The notes under the pieces: model-generated
What the model was told of the DNA's origin: nothing
Seen by the model: the letters and a program-made list of their open reading frames with translations, nothing else
Databases searched by the model: none
Assembly: GCA_008086245.1 (NCBI GenBank)
Contig: VSIX01000029.1
Coordinates: 11,813-75,812 of the forward strand
From: Candidatus Mcinerneyibacterium aminivorans
GTDB lineage: Bacteria > Macinerneyibacteriota > Macinerneyibacteria > Macinerneyibacteriales > Macinerneyibacteriaceae
Reading direction: 5' to 3'
DNA: 64,000 bases
Made by a program: the position numbers and the translations under genes
In this document: positions 18,105 to 27,397 of the stretch, piece by piece
Layout: every line of letters starts with the position of its first letter
Position numbering within the stretch: position 1 is the first letter of the stretch

Positions 18105-19414
18105 TGTGCTATGCTATTCCTGGACAGGTTGTAGATATTAATAAGAAAAGATTGATTGTAGAGTATTTCGGTGAAAAAAGAAAGGTCCTAAACGAATTTT
18201 TGGATATCAGCATAGGAGATTATATATATGCCCAGGGGGGATATGCCATCAATAAAATACCCGAAAAGGAAGCCGTATCCATTTTAACTGCATGGAGGGA
18301 AACTTTTTTCAATTTGCAAAAAGTTGATTTAAAAATATCTAAAAGGGATTATAAGGATAAAAATATTAGAAAAGATATTGCGAATATACTGGATAAAGCT
18401 GTAGAAAATAAAGACCTTTCTAAGAAAGAACTTTTAAAACTGATGAATATAGAAAAAAAAGAAGAATTAGAAATGCTTTATAAAACGGCAAATTTTTTGA
18501 GAAGAAAATATATGGGTAATTCATGCTGTGTTCATGGAATTATAGAATATTCGAATAACTGTGTTCGTAATTGTAAATATTGCGGTATATCTACTTATAA
18601 TTCTGATATATCAAGATATAATATAGAAGAAAAAAATATTGTTAAAATTGCAAATAAAGCTGTTAACGAGCATGGCTTTATGGCTCTGGTTTTACAGAGT
18701 GGTGAATCTGATGAGTACAGTATTGAAAAACTATGCAGGATTATAAAAAAAATTAGAAAAGATATTGCTGTTTTGATTTTTATAAGTATGGGAGAACTTT
18801 CCAGAAAAGAATTGCAAAAATTGTATGATGCAGGGGCAAGAGGTTTTCTCCTGCGGTTTGAAACAAGCAATGAAGAGTTATATTCAAAATTACATCCCGG
18901 ATATAGATTGGAAGATAGAATTAACTGTATACAAAACGCTTCTGATATAGGTTATTTTATTGTAACAGGTGGTTTAATTGGACTCCCCGGGCAAACAAGA
19001 AAAGATGTATTAAATTCCATATTGCTTGCGAGAAAACTTAAAACCGAAATGTACAGCTTTGCCCCCTTTATACCCACACCTAATACTCCCCTTAACAGTG
19101 AAACCAGTCCGGAAGAAAAAGAAGTTTTAAAAACTCTGGCTATATCCAGAATAGTTGATCCAGAGAATGCCAAAATATTAATTACAACTGCATTTGAAAC
19201 AATAAATAAATCGGCAAGAAAAAATGGCCTTCTAGCTGGAGGTAATTCTTTAATGTTAAATGTTACTCCCGATAAATATAAAAATAATTATTTCTTGTAT
19301 CCAAACAGGGCTCATAATAATGAAACTATACAGGAACAAATTGATGAAACCGTAAATCTGCTGAATTATCTCGGTAGAGCCCCAACTGATATAGGTATAA
19401 ATTGGAATAGTTAA
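18104..19414 (+). CDS. Fusion protein: N-terminal HypC/HupF-like domain (MCYAIPG...) fused to a HydE/BioB/PylB-family radical SAM domain
   Basis: First ~70 aa: MCYAIPGQVVDIN...GDYIYAQGGYAI...EKEAVSILTAWRE, a HypC pattern with Cys2. From ~aa 125: LRRKYMGNSCCVHGIIEYSNNCVRNCKYCGIS (CX3CX2C), LQSGE, LLRFETSNEELYSKLHP, IGLPGQT and FIPTPNTPL, close to HydE motifs as remembered. Start overlaps the hypA stop (TAATG). Confidence 0.7.
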   Translation: MCYAIPGQVVDINKKRLIVEYFGEKRKVLNEFLDISIGDYIYAQGGYAINKIPEKEAVSILTAWRETFFNLQKVDLKISKRDYKDKNIRKDIANILDKAVENKDLSKKELLKLMNIEKKEELEMLYKTANFLRRKYMGNSCCVHGIIEYSNNCVRNCKYCGISTYNSDISRYNIEEKNIVKIANKAVNEHGFMALVLQSGESDEYSIEKLCRIIKKIRKDIAVLIFISMGELSRKELQKLYDAGARGFLLRFETSNEELYSKLHPGYRLEDRINCIQNASDIGYFIVTGGLIGLPGQTRKDVLNSILLARKLKTEMYSFAPFIPTPNTPLNSETSPEEKEVLKTLAISRIVDPENAKILITTAFETINKSARKNGLLAGGNSLMLNVTPDKYKNNYFLYPNRAHNNETIQEQIDETVNLLNYLGRAPTDIGINWNS

Positions 19415-19613
19415 TACTAACCATTATAAAAATCTTCAACAATTATATAAAATGCAGTGTAAAATTATTTTAGATAGTAATTGAGTTTCATTATTTGTTA
19501 GGTATAATTATTTAAAATAAGTAGCCTGTATGTGAATAATAAAGCTGAGAAGTTATATGATATTCTAAAAAATAATAGTTAATAATATTATCTTGATATT
19601 AAATGAATTAAGT

Positions 19614-19642
19614 ATTGACACTGAAACTAAATACTTTATATT
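19614..19642 (+). promoter_or_regulatory. Sigma70-like promoter (TTGACA-17 nt-ATATTT) for the GNAT / racemase-like / sdaA genes
   Basis: TTGACA at 19614-19619 and an AT-rich -10 at 19636-19642, seen directly. Lies in the 260-bp gap after the hyp genes. Confidence 0.45.
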
Positions 19643-19674
19643 TTTTAAACAATCAGTGAATAAGGAGGGATAAT

Positions 19675-20115
19675 ATGAAAATAAAAAAAATAGATAAAAG
19701 TTCAGAACTGGACAAATATGGGATTGAATCGGTAGTAAAGTTTTTACATAAGCATCTGGAAGAATATGGGGATAAGAAAAAAGCTATCAGGGAAGCGATA
19801 AATTATTCATTTTCAGAAAAAGAAGGAAAAGGTGGATTTCTTCTTTTAGGTCTGGAGAAAGATAAAATAATAGGAGCAGTTGTAATAAATAAGACAGGAA
19901 TGAAGCATTATATACCTGAAAATATTCTTGTATATATAAGTACTCACAAAAAGAGAAGAGGTCAGGGGTTGGGAACAAAACTGATGAAAAAAACAATAGA
20001 GGAAACATCTGGAAATATTGCTCTGCATGTCGAAGAGGATAATCCGGCCGTGGGTCTTTATAAAAAATTAGGATTTGAAACCAAATATCTTGAAATGAGA
20101 TACAGGAAAGATTAA
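19675..20115 (+). CDS. GNAT family N-acetyltransferase
   Basis: 146 aa. RRGQGLGTKLMKK and HVEEDNPAVGLYKKLGFE are GNAT motifs A and B. Confidence 0.7.
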   Translation: MKIKKIDKSSELDKYGIESVVKFLHKHLEEYGDKKKAIREAINYSFSEKEGKGGFLLLGLEKDKIIGAVVINKTGMKHYIPENILVYISTHKKRRGQGLGTKLMKKTIEETSGNIALHVEEDNPAVGLYKKLGFETKYLEMRYRKD

Positions 20116-20119
20116 GGTT

Positions 20120-21217
20120 ATGGCTTATTTAACTGTTTATACAAAAAGAATATTAAAAAATATTAAGAAAATAGATAGAATCATGCAGGAACATAATAAA
20201 AAATGGACACTTGTAGCAAAAGTTCTCGGGGGGCACGAGGAATCTTTAAAAAATGTTTTAAGTTTATGCAGTGATGTGAAAAATCTTACTGGTGTTGCTG
20301 ATTCAAGACTTACAAGTTTGGAAACGATTAAAAATATTAATTCAAATGTAAAAACAATGTATATAGCTCCTCCATCAAGAAAATCAGTTAACAAGGTAGT
20401 TAAATATGCCGATATATCCTTGAATTCATCTTTTTCTACAATAAAGAAGCTGAACAAAGCTGCAAAAGAAGAAAATACAGTTCAAAAAATAATTATTATG
20501 GTAGAATTAGGAGAATTAAGAGAAGGGGTATTAAGAGAAAATATAGTTGAATTTTATGAAAAGGTTTTTAAATTAGATAATATTAAAGTGATTGGATTGG
20601 GGACAAATCTTGGATGTATGTATGGAGTTGAACCTACATACGATAAACTTATACAGCTGTCTCTTTATAAGGAGATTATAGAAGCCAAGTTCGACAAAAA
20701 GCTTGAAATAATTTCTGGTGGAAGTTCAATCTCTCTACCTATGCTTTTTAAAGATAAGATACCTGAAAACATGAATCACTTTAGAATTGGAGAAGCCGCT
20801 TTTCTAGGCACAACTCCTTTAACCGAGGGTAAATTTAGAAATTTATCCAGAAATACCTTTAAATTTTATTCCTATATTATTGAACTTGAAGAAAAAAGAT
20901 CAAAACCTCAGGGTAATTTAACTGATGCCAATGTTGGAGACGGACTGCCTTATGAACCAGAGGAAAATGAAACTATACTTAGGGCGGTTCTGGATTACGG
21001 AAAACTTGATGTTGATAACAAGCATCTAAAACCTAAAAATCCGGATATGACATTTGCAGGTTCTTCTTCGGACATGTCGGTTTATAATGTTAAACAAATT
21101 ACCAAAAAGGATGGAAATAAGATGTATAAGGTTGGTTCAAAAATTCAATTCAATCTTGATTATATGGGAGTTGCGCGATTGATGACGTCCAAATATATTA
21201 AAAAGAGGGTAGTATAA
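20120..21217 (+). CDS. PLP-dependent enzyme with an alanine-racemase N-terminal-domain fold (putative amino-acid racemase, YhfX/ornithine-racemase-like)
   Basis: 365 aa. N-terminal LVAKVLGG is a candidate PLP-lysine motif. Overall alr-fold family resemblance. Family assignment is from memory only. Confidence 0.45.
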   Translation: MAYLTVYTKRILKNIKKIDRIMQEHNKKWTLVAKVLGGHEESLKNVLSLCSDVKNLTGVADSRLTSLETIKNINSNVKTMYIAPPSRKSVNKVVKYADISLNSSFSTIKKLNKAAKEENTVQKIIIMVELGELREGVLRENIVEFYEKVFKLDNIKVIGLGTNLGCMYGVEPTYDKLIQLSLYKEIIEAKFDKKLEIISGGSSISLPMLFKDKIPENMNHFRIGEAAFLGTTPLTEGKFRNLSRNTFKFYSYIIELEEKRSKPQGNLTDANVGDGLPYEPEENETILRAVLDYGKLDVDNKHLKPKNPDMTFAGSSSDMSVYNVKQITKKDGNKMYKVGSKIQFNLDYMGVARLMTSKYIKKRVV

Positions 21218-21251
21218 ATTAGTAAATTTGTAGGAAAGGATAGTTATTAGT

Positions 21252-22598
21252 ATGTCCATCCCGGATATTAAATCAGTATTGAAAATTGCTTTAGGTCCCA
21301 GCTCATCTCATACTCTTGGAGCTTTAAAAATTGGTCAGAAAGTTAGAAAATTTTTGAATTCATTAGAGGATGTCGAATTTAACAGGATAAAAGTCAAACT
21401 TTTGGGCAGTTTTGCTCTTACCGGAAAGGGGCATCTAACCGATAAAGCAATTATAGCAGGACTCAATGGATACGAGGTGGACAAATCATCAAATTCCATC
21501 TTAAATGAATATACTAAAGTAAATAAAAGAAATAAAATTGATACGGGAATTCAGAAAATTTCTTTTTCTAAGGATGATATAATTTTAGACAAGGATGATT
21601 CTTCATACAGCCATCCTAACACCGTTTTGTTTACTATTTATTCAAACCAAAAAAAATATAACAAAAAATTTATCTCAATTGGTGGCGGTGAAATTGAGGA
21701 AATTAATAAAAACGGTAATATTTCCCAAAAAAAGCAAACAAAAAGTAAAGGTTTAACCCGGATAATTTCTGAATGTAATAAAAACAATATTAATATTATC
21801 GATTATATTCTTTCATTTGAAAAAAATATTTACGGTTACGAAAAAAATGAACTGTATCGATATTTAGGAGATATTTGGGATTTAATGGAGAAAAATATTG
21901 AAGACGGAATTAGAAAAGAGGGAGTACTCCCTGGTAATTTACAATTAAATAGAAGAGCTAAAGAGATGTATGATTCTTTTATTGATAATTTGAGAAGCTG
22001 GAAATTGCTATCGCGCCAAATAACCTTATCTTCAATTTATGCTATTGCGGTTGCCGAGGAAAATGCCTCAGGAGCTAAAATAGTTACGGCCCCTACCTGC
22101 GGGTCTGCAGGAGTTATACCGGCAACATTAAAAGTTATGATGGAAAAATATCATTATCCCAAAAAGAAAATATTAAATGCTTTACTGGTAGCCGGTTTAT
22201 TAGGTGCTATAGCTAAGGGGAATGCTTCTATATCTGGTGCAGAGGTGGGCTGCCAGGGAGAAATTGGGGTTGCATCATCAATGGCTGCAGGGGCTATTTG
22301 TTTTTTGATGGGAGGTACGCTGGAGCAAATCGATTTTGCAGCGGAGATTGCTCTGGAACACCATCTTGGTTTGACCTGTGACCCAGCTGGAGGGCTTGTC
22401 CAAATTCCATGTATTGAGAGAAATGCGGTAGGTGCTATTACAGCATTAAACTCTGCAAACTTATCTTTATTAAGAAAAACACCGAACAAAATTAAATTCG
22501 ATAGTGTTCTTGATTCTATGATGGAAATTGGTGGGGATATGAGTAAAAAATATAAAGAAACCTCTCTTGGAGGATTGGCAAGTAGATTTACCTGTTAA
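21252..22598 (+). CDS. sdaA: L-serine dehydratase, iron-sulfur dependent, single-chain (beta + alpha domains)
   Basis: N-terminal GPSSSHTLGALKIG and C-terminal TAPTCGSAGVIPA match SdaA/SdaB signatures. 448 aa. Confidence 0.8.
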   Translation: MSIPDIKSVLKIALGPSSSHTLGALKIGQKVRKFLNSLEDVEFNRIKVKLLGSFALTGKGHLTDKAIIAGLNGYEVDKSSNSILNEYTKVNKRNKIDTGIQKISFSKDDIILDKDDSSYSHPNTVLFTIYSNQKKYNKKFISIGGGEIEEINKNGNISQKKQTKSKGLTRIISECNKNNINIIDYILSFEKNIYGYEKNELYRYLGDIWDLMEKNIEDGIRKEGVLPGNLQLNRRAKEMYDSFIDNLRSWKLLSRQITLSSIYAIAVAEENASGAKIVTAPTCGSAGVIPATLKVMMEKYHYPKKKILNALLVAGLLGAIAKGNASISGAEVGCQGEIGVASSMAAGAICFLMGGTLEQIDFAAEIALEHHLGLTCDPAGGLVQIPCIERNAVGAITALNSANLSLLRKTPNKIKFDSVLDSMMEIGGDMSKKYKETSLGGLASRFTC

Positions 22599-22677
22599 AA
22601 CCTCATTCAGAGAGTTAAGTCATAGATAAAGGGGGAAGAATTTAGCTTTTATATAATTTTATCTGCTAAATTAATTT

Positions 22678-23241
22678 ATGATTTTATCAAATATCGAAAT
22701 AATATATGAAACTTTAATTGTCCTCTTTTTAGTATATTTATCTTACAAAATCTTATTGGGTCAAATTATTTTTATCGATAAATATTACATACATATTTTA
22801 AAATTTACCCCTGTATTTTGGATTGTAACTAAATATTACTCCAATATTCTCTCCGGAATCATATTCATATTATATATTGTATTTTGCGTTCTGGTTTTTG
22901 CCTATACAAAAAAAAATGTAATTATAATTGCTAAAAAGGAAAAATATTTATCATTTCTTTATAAATATTTTGTTAATAAAGAAATTAGATTTAAATATGA
23001 TAGAAAGGTGTATGAAGTATCAATATATTTACCCGATTACAACTTAGAAATTGCTTCAAATAAAACAATTATTAGTTATTTAGAAATCATACTTCCTGCA
23101 TCTATAACAACTGAAGAACAATCTGTAGTAAATATTATAAGAAAAAATTCAAAAAATAAAAATTTAAATATAAATAGGAATAATGCATTCAAAATATTGC
23201 TTTTTTTAGCAGGATTAATGGTGTTCTTTTATTATTATTGA
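22678..23241 (+). CDS. Hypothetical membrane protein
   Basis: 187 aa, several hydrophobic helices, low complexity. No recognisable family. Confidence 0.3.
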   Translation: MILSNIEIIYETLIVLFLVYLSYKILLGQIIFIDKYYIHILKFTPVFWIVTKYYSNILSGIIFILYIVFCVLVFAYTKKNVIIIAKKEKYLSFLYKYFVNKEIRFKYDRKVYEVSIYLPDYNLEIASNKTIISYLEIILPASITTEEQSVVNIIRKNSKNKNLNINRNNAFKILLFLAGLMVFFYYY

Positions 23242-23348
23242 AGGATAGTGTGAATTATTTATGATTGAATTAGGGGAATCTCTTGCTTTTATCGTAAATA
23301 TGTTTACAATATCATATATTAATGTGTTATAAATGAGAAGGAGGTACT

Positions 23349-24473
23349 ATGAAAAAAATTATCGTTTTATTCCTATTAGTTATATTTTTATTTAGCTGTT
23401 CAACTCGAAAAAAAGTTGAGAATGTTGATGCGGAATTAATTGATGTTTGGATACCTGAAAAACTGAGCTTGCGTAATCCACTGGAAAATATTGGAATCTA
23501 TGAAGATAAAGTTTATTACTGGAGTAATAGCGGTAATAAATATTTTTTAAATTTTTATGATTTAAGCGGTAGTAATATTAAAAAACTGGAATTTGAGATG
23601 GGCAAAGGTCCCGGTCAAATCTTTTCAAATAATTCGACTTTCATAAAGAATGATCAAATAAATATACTGGATCTGGCTAGACGGTCTCTTTTAGTTTTTG
23701 ATATGAATGGAAAATATGTCGATGATTATAAGATTAACATTAATGATTTTGGCCAGGTTGCCCGAAATCAAAATTATCTATATTTTAGCGGAATATTAAA
23801 GAATAAACTTGCTAAAATTGATCTAGAAAATAATGAAGTAGTGAAGAGTATAAAGTATAAAAATGCTGATTCAATTAAGTCATTTAGGGATATAATGGGA
23901 AAGAAACTTAGAATGTCATCAATTATTATCGACGAAGAGGCAAAAATACTTTATAGAGGTACATCTAATCTGCCCTATAAAATAGAAAAATATGATTTTA
24001 ATTTGGAAAAAATTGATGAATTTAAAAGAGAAATAACGGGAAATTTTAAAGACTTTATAATTGAAGAAGGTACCGGAGGAAGCGGCTCAATTATTATAAG
24101 CAGCATGCAAACAGATGATAAATACTTATATGCATCATTTGGAGGGGGACAGGTTACAGAAAGGAAAAATAATAAAATATCTCTTTCGGGAATTGCAAAT
24201 GATTATTTTATTTCTGTTTTTGACAAAAAAAACGGTGATTTCCTTTATGAAATTAATGTTCCTTCTATAAGTCCATTAAAAGGAGTAACAAAATTATTGA
24301 AAGTAACAAAAGATAAATTGTTTATTATGGTGGTGGATTTTGAAGACACTTTAAATGACCTTTTAAAGGATAAGAATTTGAAGGCTGAAAAGAATGAATT
24401 GGAAAGTAGATTTATTTCAAGTGATGTAAAAAGAGCTATTGTTATAGTAAAAAATCCCATTTATCAGGATTAA
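23349..24473 (+). CDS. Hypothetical lipoprotein
   Basis: Signal peptide plus lipobox LFSCS. 374 aa, no recognised motif. RBS GGAGG upstream. Confidence 0.5.
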   Translation: MKKIIVLFLLVIFLFSCSTRKKVENVDAELIDVWIPEKLSLRNPLENIGIYEDKVYYWSNSGNKYFLNFYDLSGSNIKKLEFEMGKGPGQIFSNNSTFIKNDQINILDLARRSLLVFDMNGKYVDDYKININDFGQVARNQNYLYFSGILKNKLAKIDLENNEVVKSIKYKNADSIKSFRDIMGKKLRMSSIIIDEEAKILYRGTSNLPYKIEKYDFNLEKIDEFKREITGNFKDFIIEEGTGGSGSIIISSMQTDDKYLYASFGGGQVTERKNNKISLSGIANDYFISVFDKKNGDFLYEINVPSISPLKGVTKLLKVTKDKLFIMVVDFEDTLNDLLKDKNLKAEKNELESRFISSDVKRAIVIVKNPIYQD

Positions 24474-24508
24474 ATCCTGGATTCTAAAAAATATTTAAAA
24501 TTTGTTGG

Positions 24509-24535
24509 GTATTGCTAAAGTTAGAATAGCAATAC
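24509..24535 (+). terminator. Hairpin (GTATTGCTA-9 nt loop-TAGCAATAC) followed by a T-rich tract. Candidate terminator of the lipoprotein gene.
   Basis: Perfect 9-bp inverted repeat seen directly. Followed by tcaacttctttattatt. Confidence 0.45.
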
Positions 24536-24921
24536 TCAACTTCTTTATTATTAATAAATTAGACTAAAAAATTACAGAATAATTTATATTATTTATTCTA
24601 TTGGGTATTAGATGTTATTATTAAATGTTATTTATTAATAAATAAATTATATTAAAATATAACATTCAAAGAGATAAATATCTGTATATATGATTATATC
24701 TATCGATATAAAGAAATATATAGTTATAATACACTATTATAGACTATTAAAGTTGTAAAAAAATGATTAATCAAGTTTAATCCAAAATAATTACTTGACA
24801 TGCTTAATTAGCTTCTTATTATAAAAATGAATTAAAAGCAACAAAAAAGTGGTATAAAAATTATAAAGATGAAGTTAATTAATGGTGGAATATTAATTAA
24901 AATTTTAACTGGAGGTTCTAA

Positions 24922-25722
24922 ATGTTAAATATTAATGATAAGCATGTTAAAATGATAGTTGAATGGATGAGAAAGCAGGTTAAAAAAAGAGATGCTGATG
25001 GAGCAATTGTAGGTTTAAGCGGTGGAGTGGATTCATCAGTTGTTGGTGGGTTAGTAAAAAAAGCATTTAAAGATAATAGCCTGGGAGTTATGCTTCCTTC
25101 AAGTGGTACGATAACTAAAGATGTTAAATATGCTCAAAAAGCAGCAAATAGGTTTGATCTTGATACAATAAAAGTTAATGTTAAAAATGTTTATGATGAA
25201 TTTGTTAAAACTTTTGAAGATATCAACATTAAAGATGTCGAAAGAAATTATTGGCCACAAACTCATATTCCGACTGATAATCCCCAGTATCAAAATATCT
25301 CTACACGCTTAAGGATGATGTCTCTTTATCATATAGCGGAAAGAATGAATTATGTAGTAATGGGAACAAGTAATAAAAGCGAAATACTAACAGGATATTT
25401 TACATTATATGGAGACGGGGCAACTGATATGAGACCTATTGGAGGGTTATATAAAACAGAAGTCTGGGACCTGGCAGAGTATATAAAAGTTCCAGAGAAA
25501 ATAGTCGATAGACCTCCTTCTGGAGGTTGCAGGGGAGACGAAACAGATAGAGATGAATACGAATTTGGTATAGACTATCAAACTTTTGATCAAATTCATG
25601 AGGCCATGATAAAGAACAAACCTCTTGATGGATTTGATGATGATGATATAAAAAGAGTGAAGGAACTAATTGAAGCTGCAGATAAAAAATCTAAAATTCC
25701 AACCTTAAAAGTTAATAGATAA
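24922..25722 (+). CDS. nadE: NH3-dependent NAD+ synthetase
   Basis: GLSGGVDSS PP-loop. 266 aa, typical NadE length. Confidence 0.85.
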   Translation: MLNINDKHVKMIVEWMRKQVKKRDADGAIVGLSGGVDSSVVGGLVKKAFKDNSLGVMLPSSGTITKDVKYAQKAANRFDLDTIKVNVKNVYDEFVKTFEDINIKDVERNYWPQTHIPTDNPQYQNISTRLRMMSLYHIAERMNYVVMGTSNKSEILTGYFTLYGDGATDMRPIGGLYKTEVWDLAEYIKVPEKIVDRPPSGGCRGDETDRDEYEFGIDYQTFDQIHEAMIKNKPLDGFDDDDIKRVKELIEAADKKSKIPTLKVNR

Positions 25723-25737
25723 TAAACTGTTTTCACA

Positions 25738-25767
25738 AACCGGTAGGTTTTCAGGGACCTACCGGTT
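25738..25767 (+). terminator. Rho-independent terminator-like hairpin (AACCGGTAGGT-loop-ACCTACCGGTT) after nadE
   Basis: 11-bp perfect stem seen directly, 16 nt after the nadE stop. Confidence 0.55.
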
Positions 25768-25886
25768 GTCATTCTATTAATTCTTATACCAATTAAAATA
25801 ATTTAATTCTTTCTTTCATTTGTATGTAATTTTCATTATAATAGATATGTTGAAATTATTTAATTATTTATAATAAAGGAGATGAT

Positions 25887-26375
25887 ATGGAATTAAGATA
25901 TGATTCATATTGCGGATTATATTGTGGAGCCTGTCCATTTTTTAATGCAACGGTTGAAGGAGAAGAAAAACTGGATAAATTGTATGAGAAAATTAAAGAA
26001 AATAACAACCAAATTGAAAAATCTGATTTGAAGTGTAAGGGGTGCAAGAGCAATACGCATTCTGCTTATTGTGAAAATTGTGAAATAAGAGTATGTATAG
26101 AAAAAAAAGATTTAAATTTTTGTTATGAATGCGATCAGTATCCGTGTGAATTTTTGAGTAATTTTAGAAAAGATAGTGCAGCTCATCATTCAATAATATT
26201 CAAGAATCTTGAAACTATACAGATGCTGGGAGTTGATAAATGGATAGAAAATCAAGAAAAAAGATGGCAGTGTGATAATTGCTCAGAAAAATTTACGTGG
26301 TACAAGAAAATATGTGATAATTGTAATAAAGAATTATTTAATGCTGTTAAAGAGGAAGAATTGTTGGAAGAATAA
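25887..26375 (+). CDS. Cysteine-rich protein (DUF3795-like zinc-ribbon family)
   Basis: CGLYCGACPF, CKGCKSN, CENCEIRVC and CYECDQYPCEF Cys clusters. 162 aa. Confidence 0.5.
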   Translation: MELRYDSYCGLYCGACPFFNATVEGEEKLDKLYEKIKENNNQIEKSDLKCKGCKSNTHSAYCENCEIRVCIEKKDLNFCYECDQYPCEFLSNFRKDSAAHHSIIFKNLETIQMLGVDKWIENQEKRWQCDNCSEKFTWYKKICDNCNKELFNAVKEEELLEE

Positions 26376-26436
26376 TATCCCGGATTTTCAAAATTTCTGA
26401 TTAATTATGGTATTAACTATCATTCCTGATAATAAA

Positions 26437-27348
26437 TTATATATATATTTTTTTCAGGGTTAGTTCATCAAGGTTAAATTTGCCGAGATTCAGGTCTTTA
26501 CCATCATTAAGATATTTAATTTCTTCAGGTTTAAATCCAAGTATTTGTGAGGCTGCAACATCAACAGCAAGTATATCAGTGCTGATTAACTGCATTTTTT
26601 TTGTTACTACTTTGCTGTTGTAATATCCCGAAGGGCCTCCTCTTACCATTACATTATAGGCATCTACGATATTTAAATCAGGTTTCCTGTAATTGAAAAT
26701 TTCTGCTATACATCTGTGTAGTCCATTTCTGTGATAAAACGATCTATCCCACACAATTCCCATAAAATTTTTCATAGCACTGGTCATTTTTGTTGATCCA
26801 TGTGTTTTTAATACTGGAATATTTATTAATTTATCAGCAGAGAGAACGAGTTCATGCACTTCTGCAGTATTTAAAATTTTTGTATTAGCAATTTTTACCT
26901 TATTAAAATATTTTGGGCTGGAAGCTGGAACTATTTTAGCTTTTGTGCCACTAACTGCATTTTTTATCCCGCTTACCCTATAGGTGGTGTCAGCGTTATA
27001 AATGGTATGATCAAAAATATTCACCTCTTTCGCACCCAAATCAAGACATGCCTGCAGTACAGTTTTAACAAGTGTTGGATTAGTATTACCTCCATCATCG
27101 GGTGAGGAATTCCATGAAGCATTTACCTTTATAGCTACTGAATCCCCTTTTTTTATGAACTTTTTTAATCCTCCCAGATAAGGTATTCCCTTTTTAAACA
27201 TAACATCAGGGCTGCCTCCCTGTACAGCGACAAGTTCGTAATTATTGCTATTCTGCCCCAGAATAAGTGGAGTTCCGGATACAAGATATCCAATTGAGGA
27301 AGCCCCAATTATTTTTAAAGATTTTTTTATAAAATCTCTCCTATCCAT
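26437..27348 (-). CDS. Tat-signal DUF362-family protein (exported, putative redox/cofactor protein)
   Basis: N-terminal MDRRDFIKKSLKIIGASSIGYLVSG (twin-arginine motif RRDFIK). The rest resembles the DUF362 family. Confidence 0.55.
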   Translation of the reverse strand: MDRRDFIKKSLKIIGASSIGYLVSGTPLILGQNSNNYELVAVQGGSPDVMFKKGIPYLGGLKKFIKKGDSVAIKVNASWNSSPDDGGNTNPTLVKTVLQACLDLGAKEVNIFDHTIYNADTTYRVSGIKNAVSGTKAKIVPASSPKYFNKVKIANTKILNTAEVHELVLSADKLINIPVLKTHGSTKMTSAMKNFMGIVWDRSFYHRNGLHRCIAEIFNYRKPDLNIVDAYNVMVRGGPSGYYNSKVVTKKMQLISTDILAVDVAASQILGFKPEEIKYLNDGKDLNLGKFNLDELTLKKIYI

Positions 27349-27397
27349 ATAGTCCTCCTTTACCTAATATTTCATATTTTTATTATATTCTATTTTT

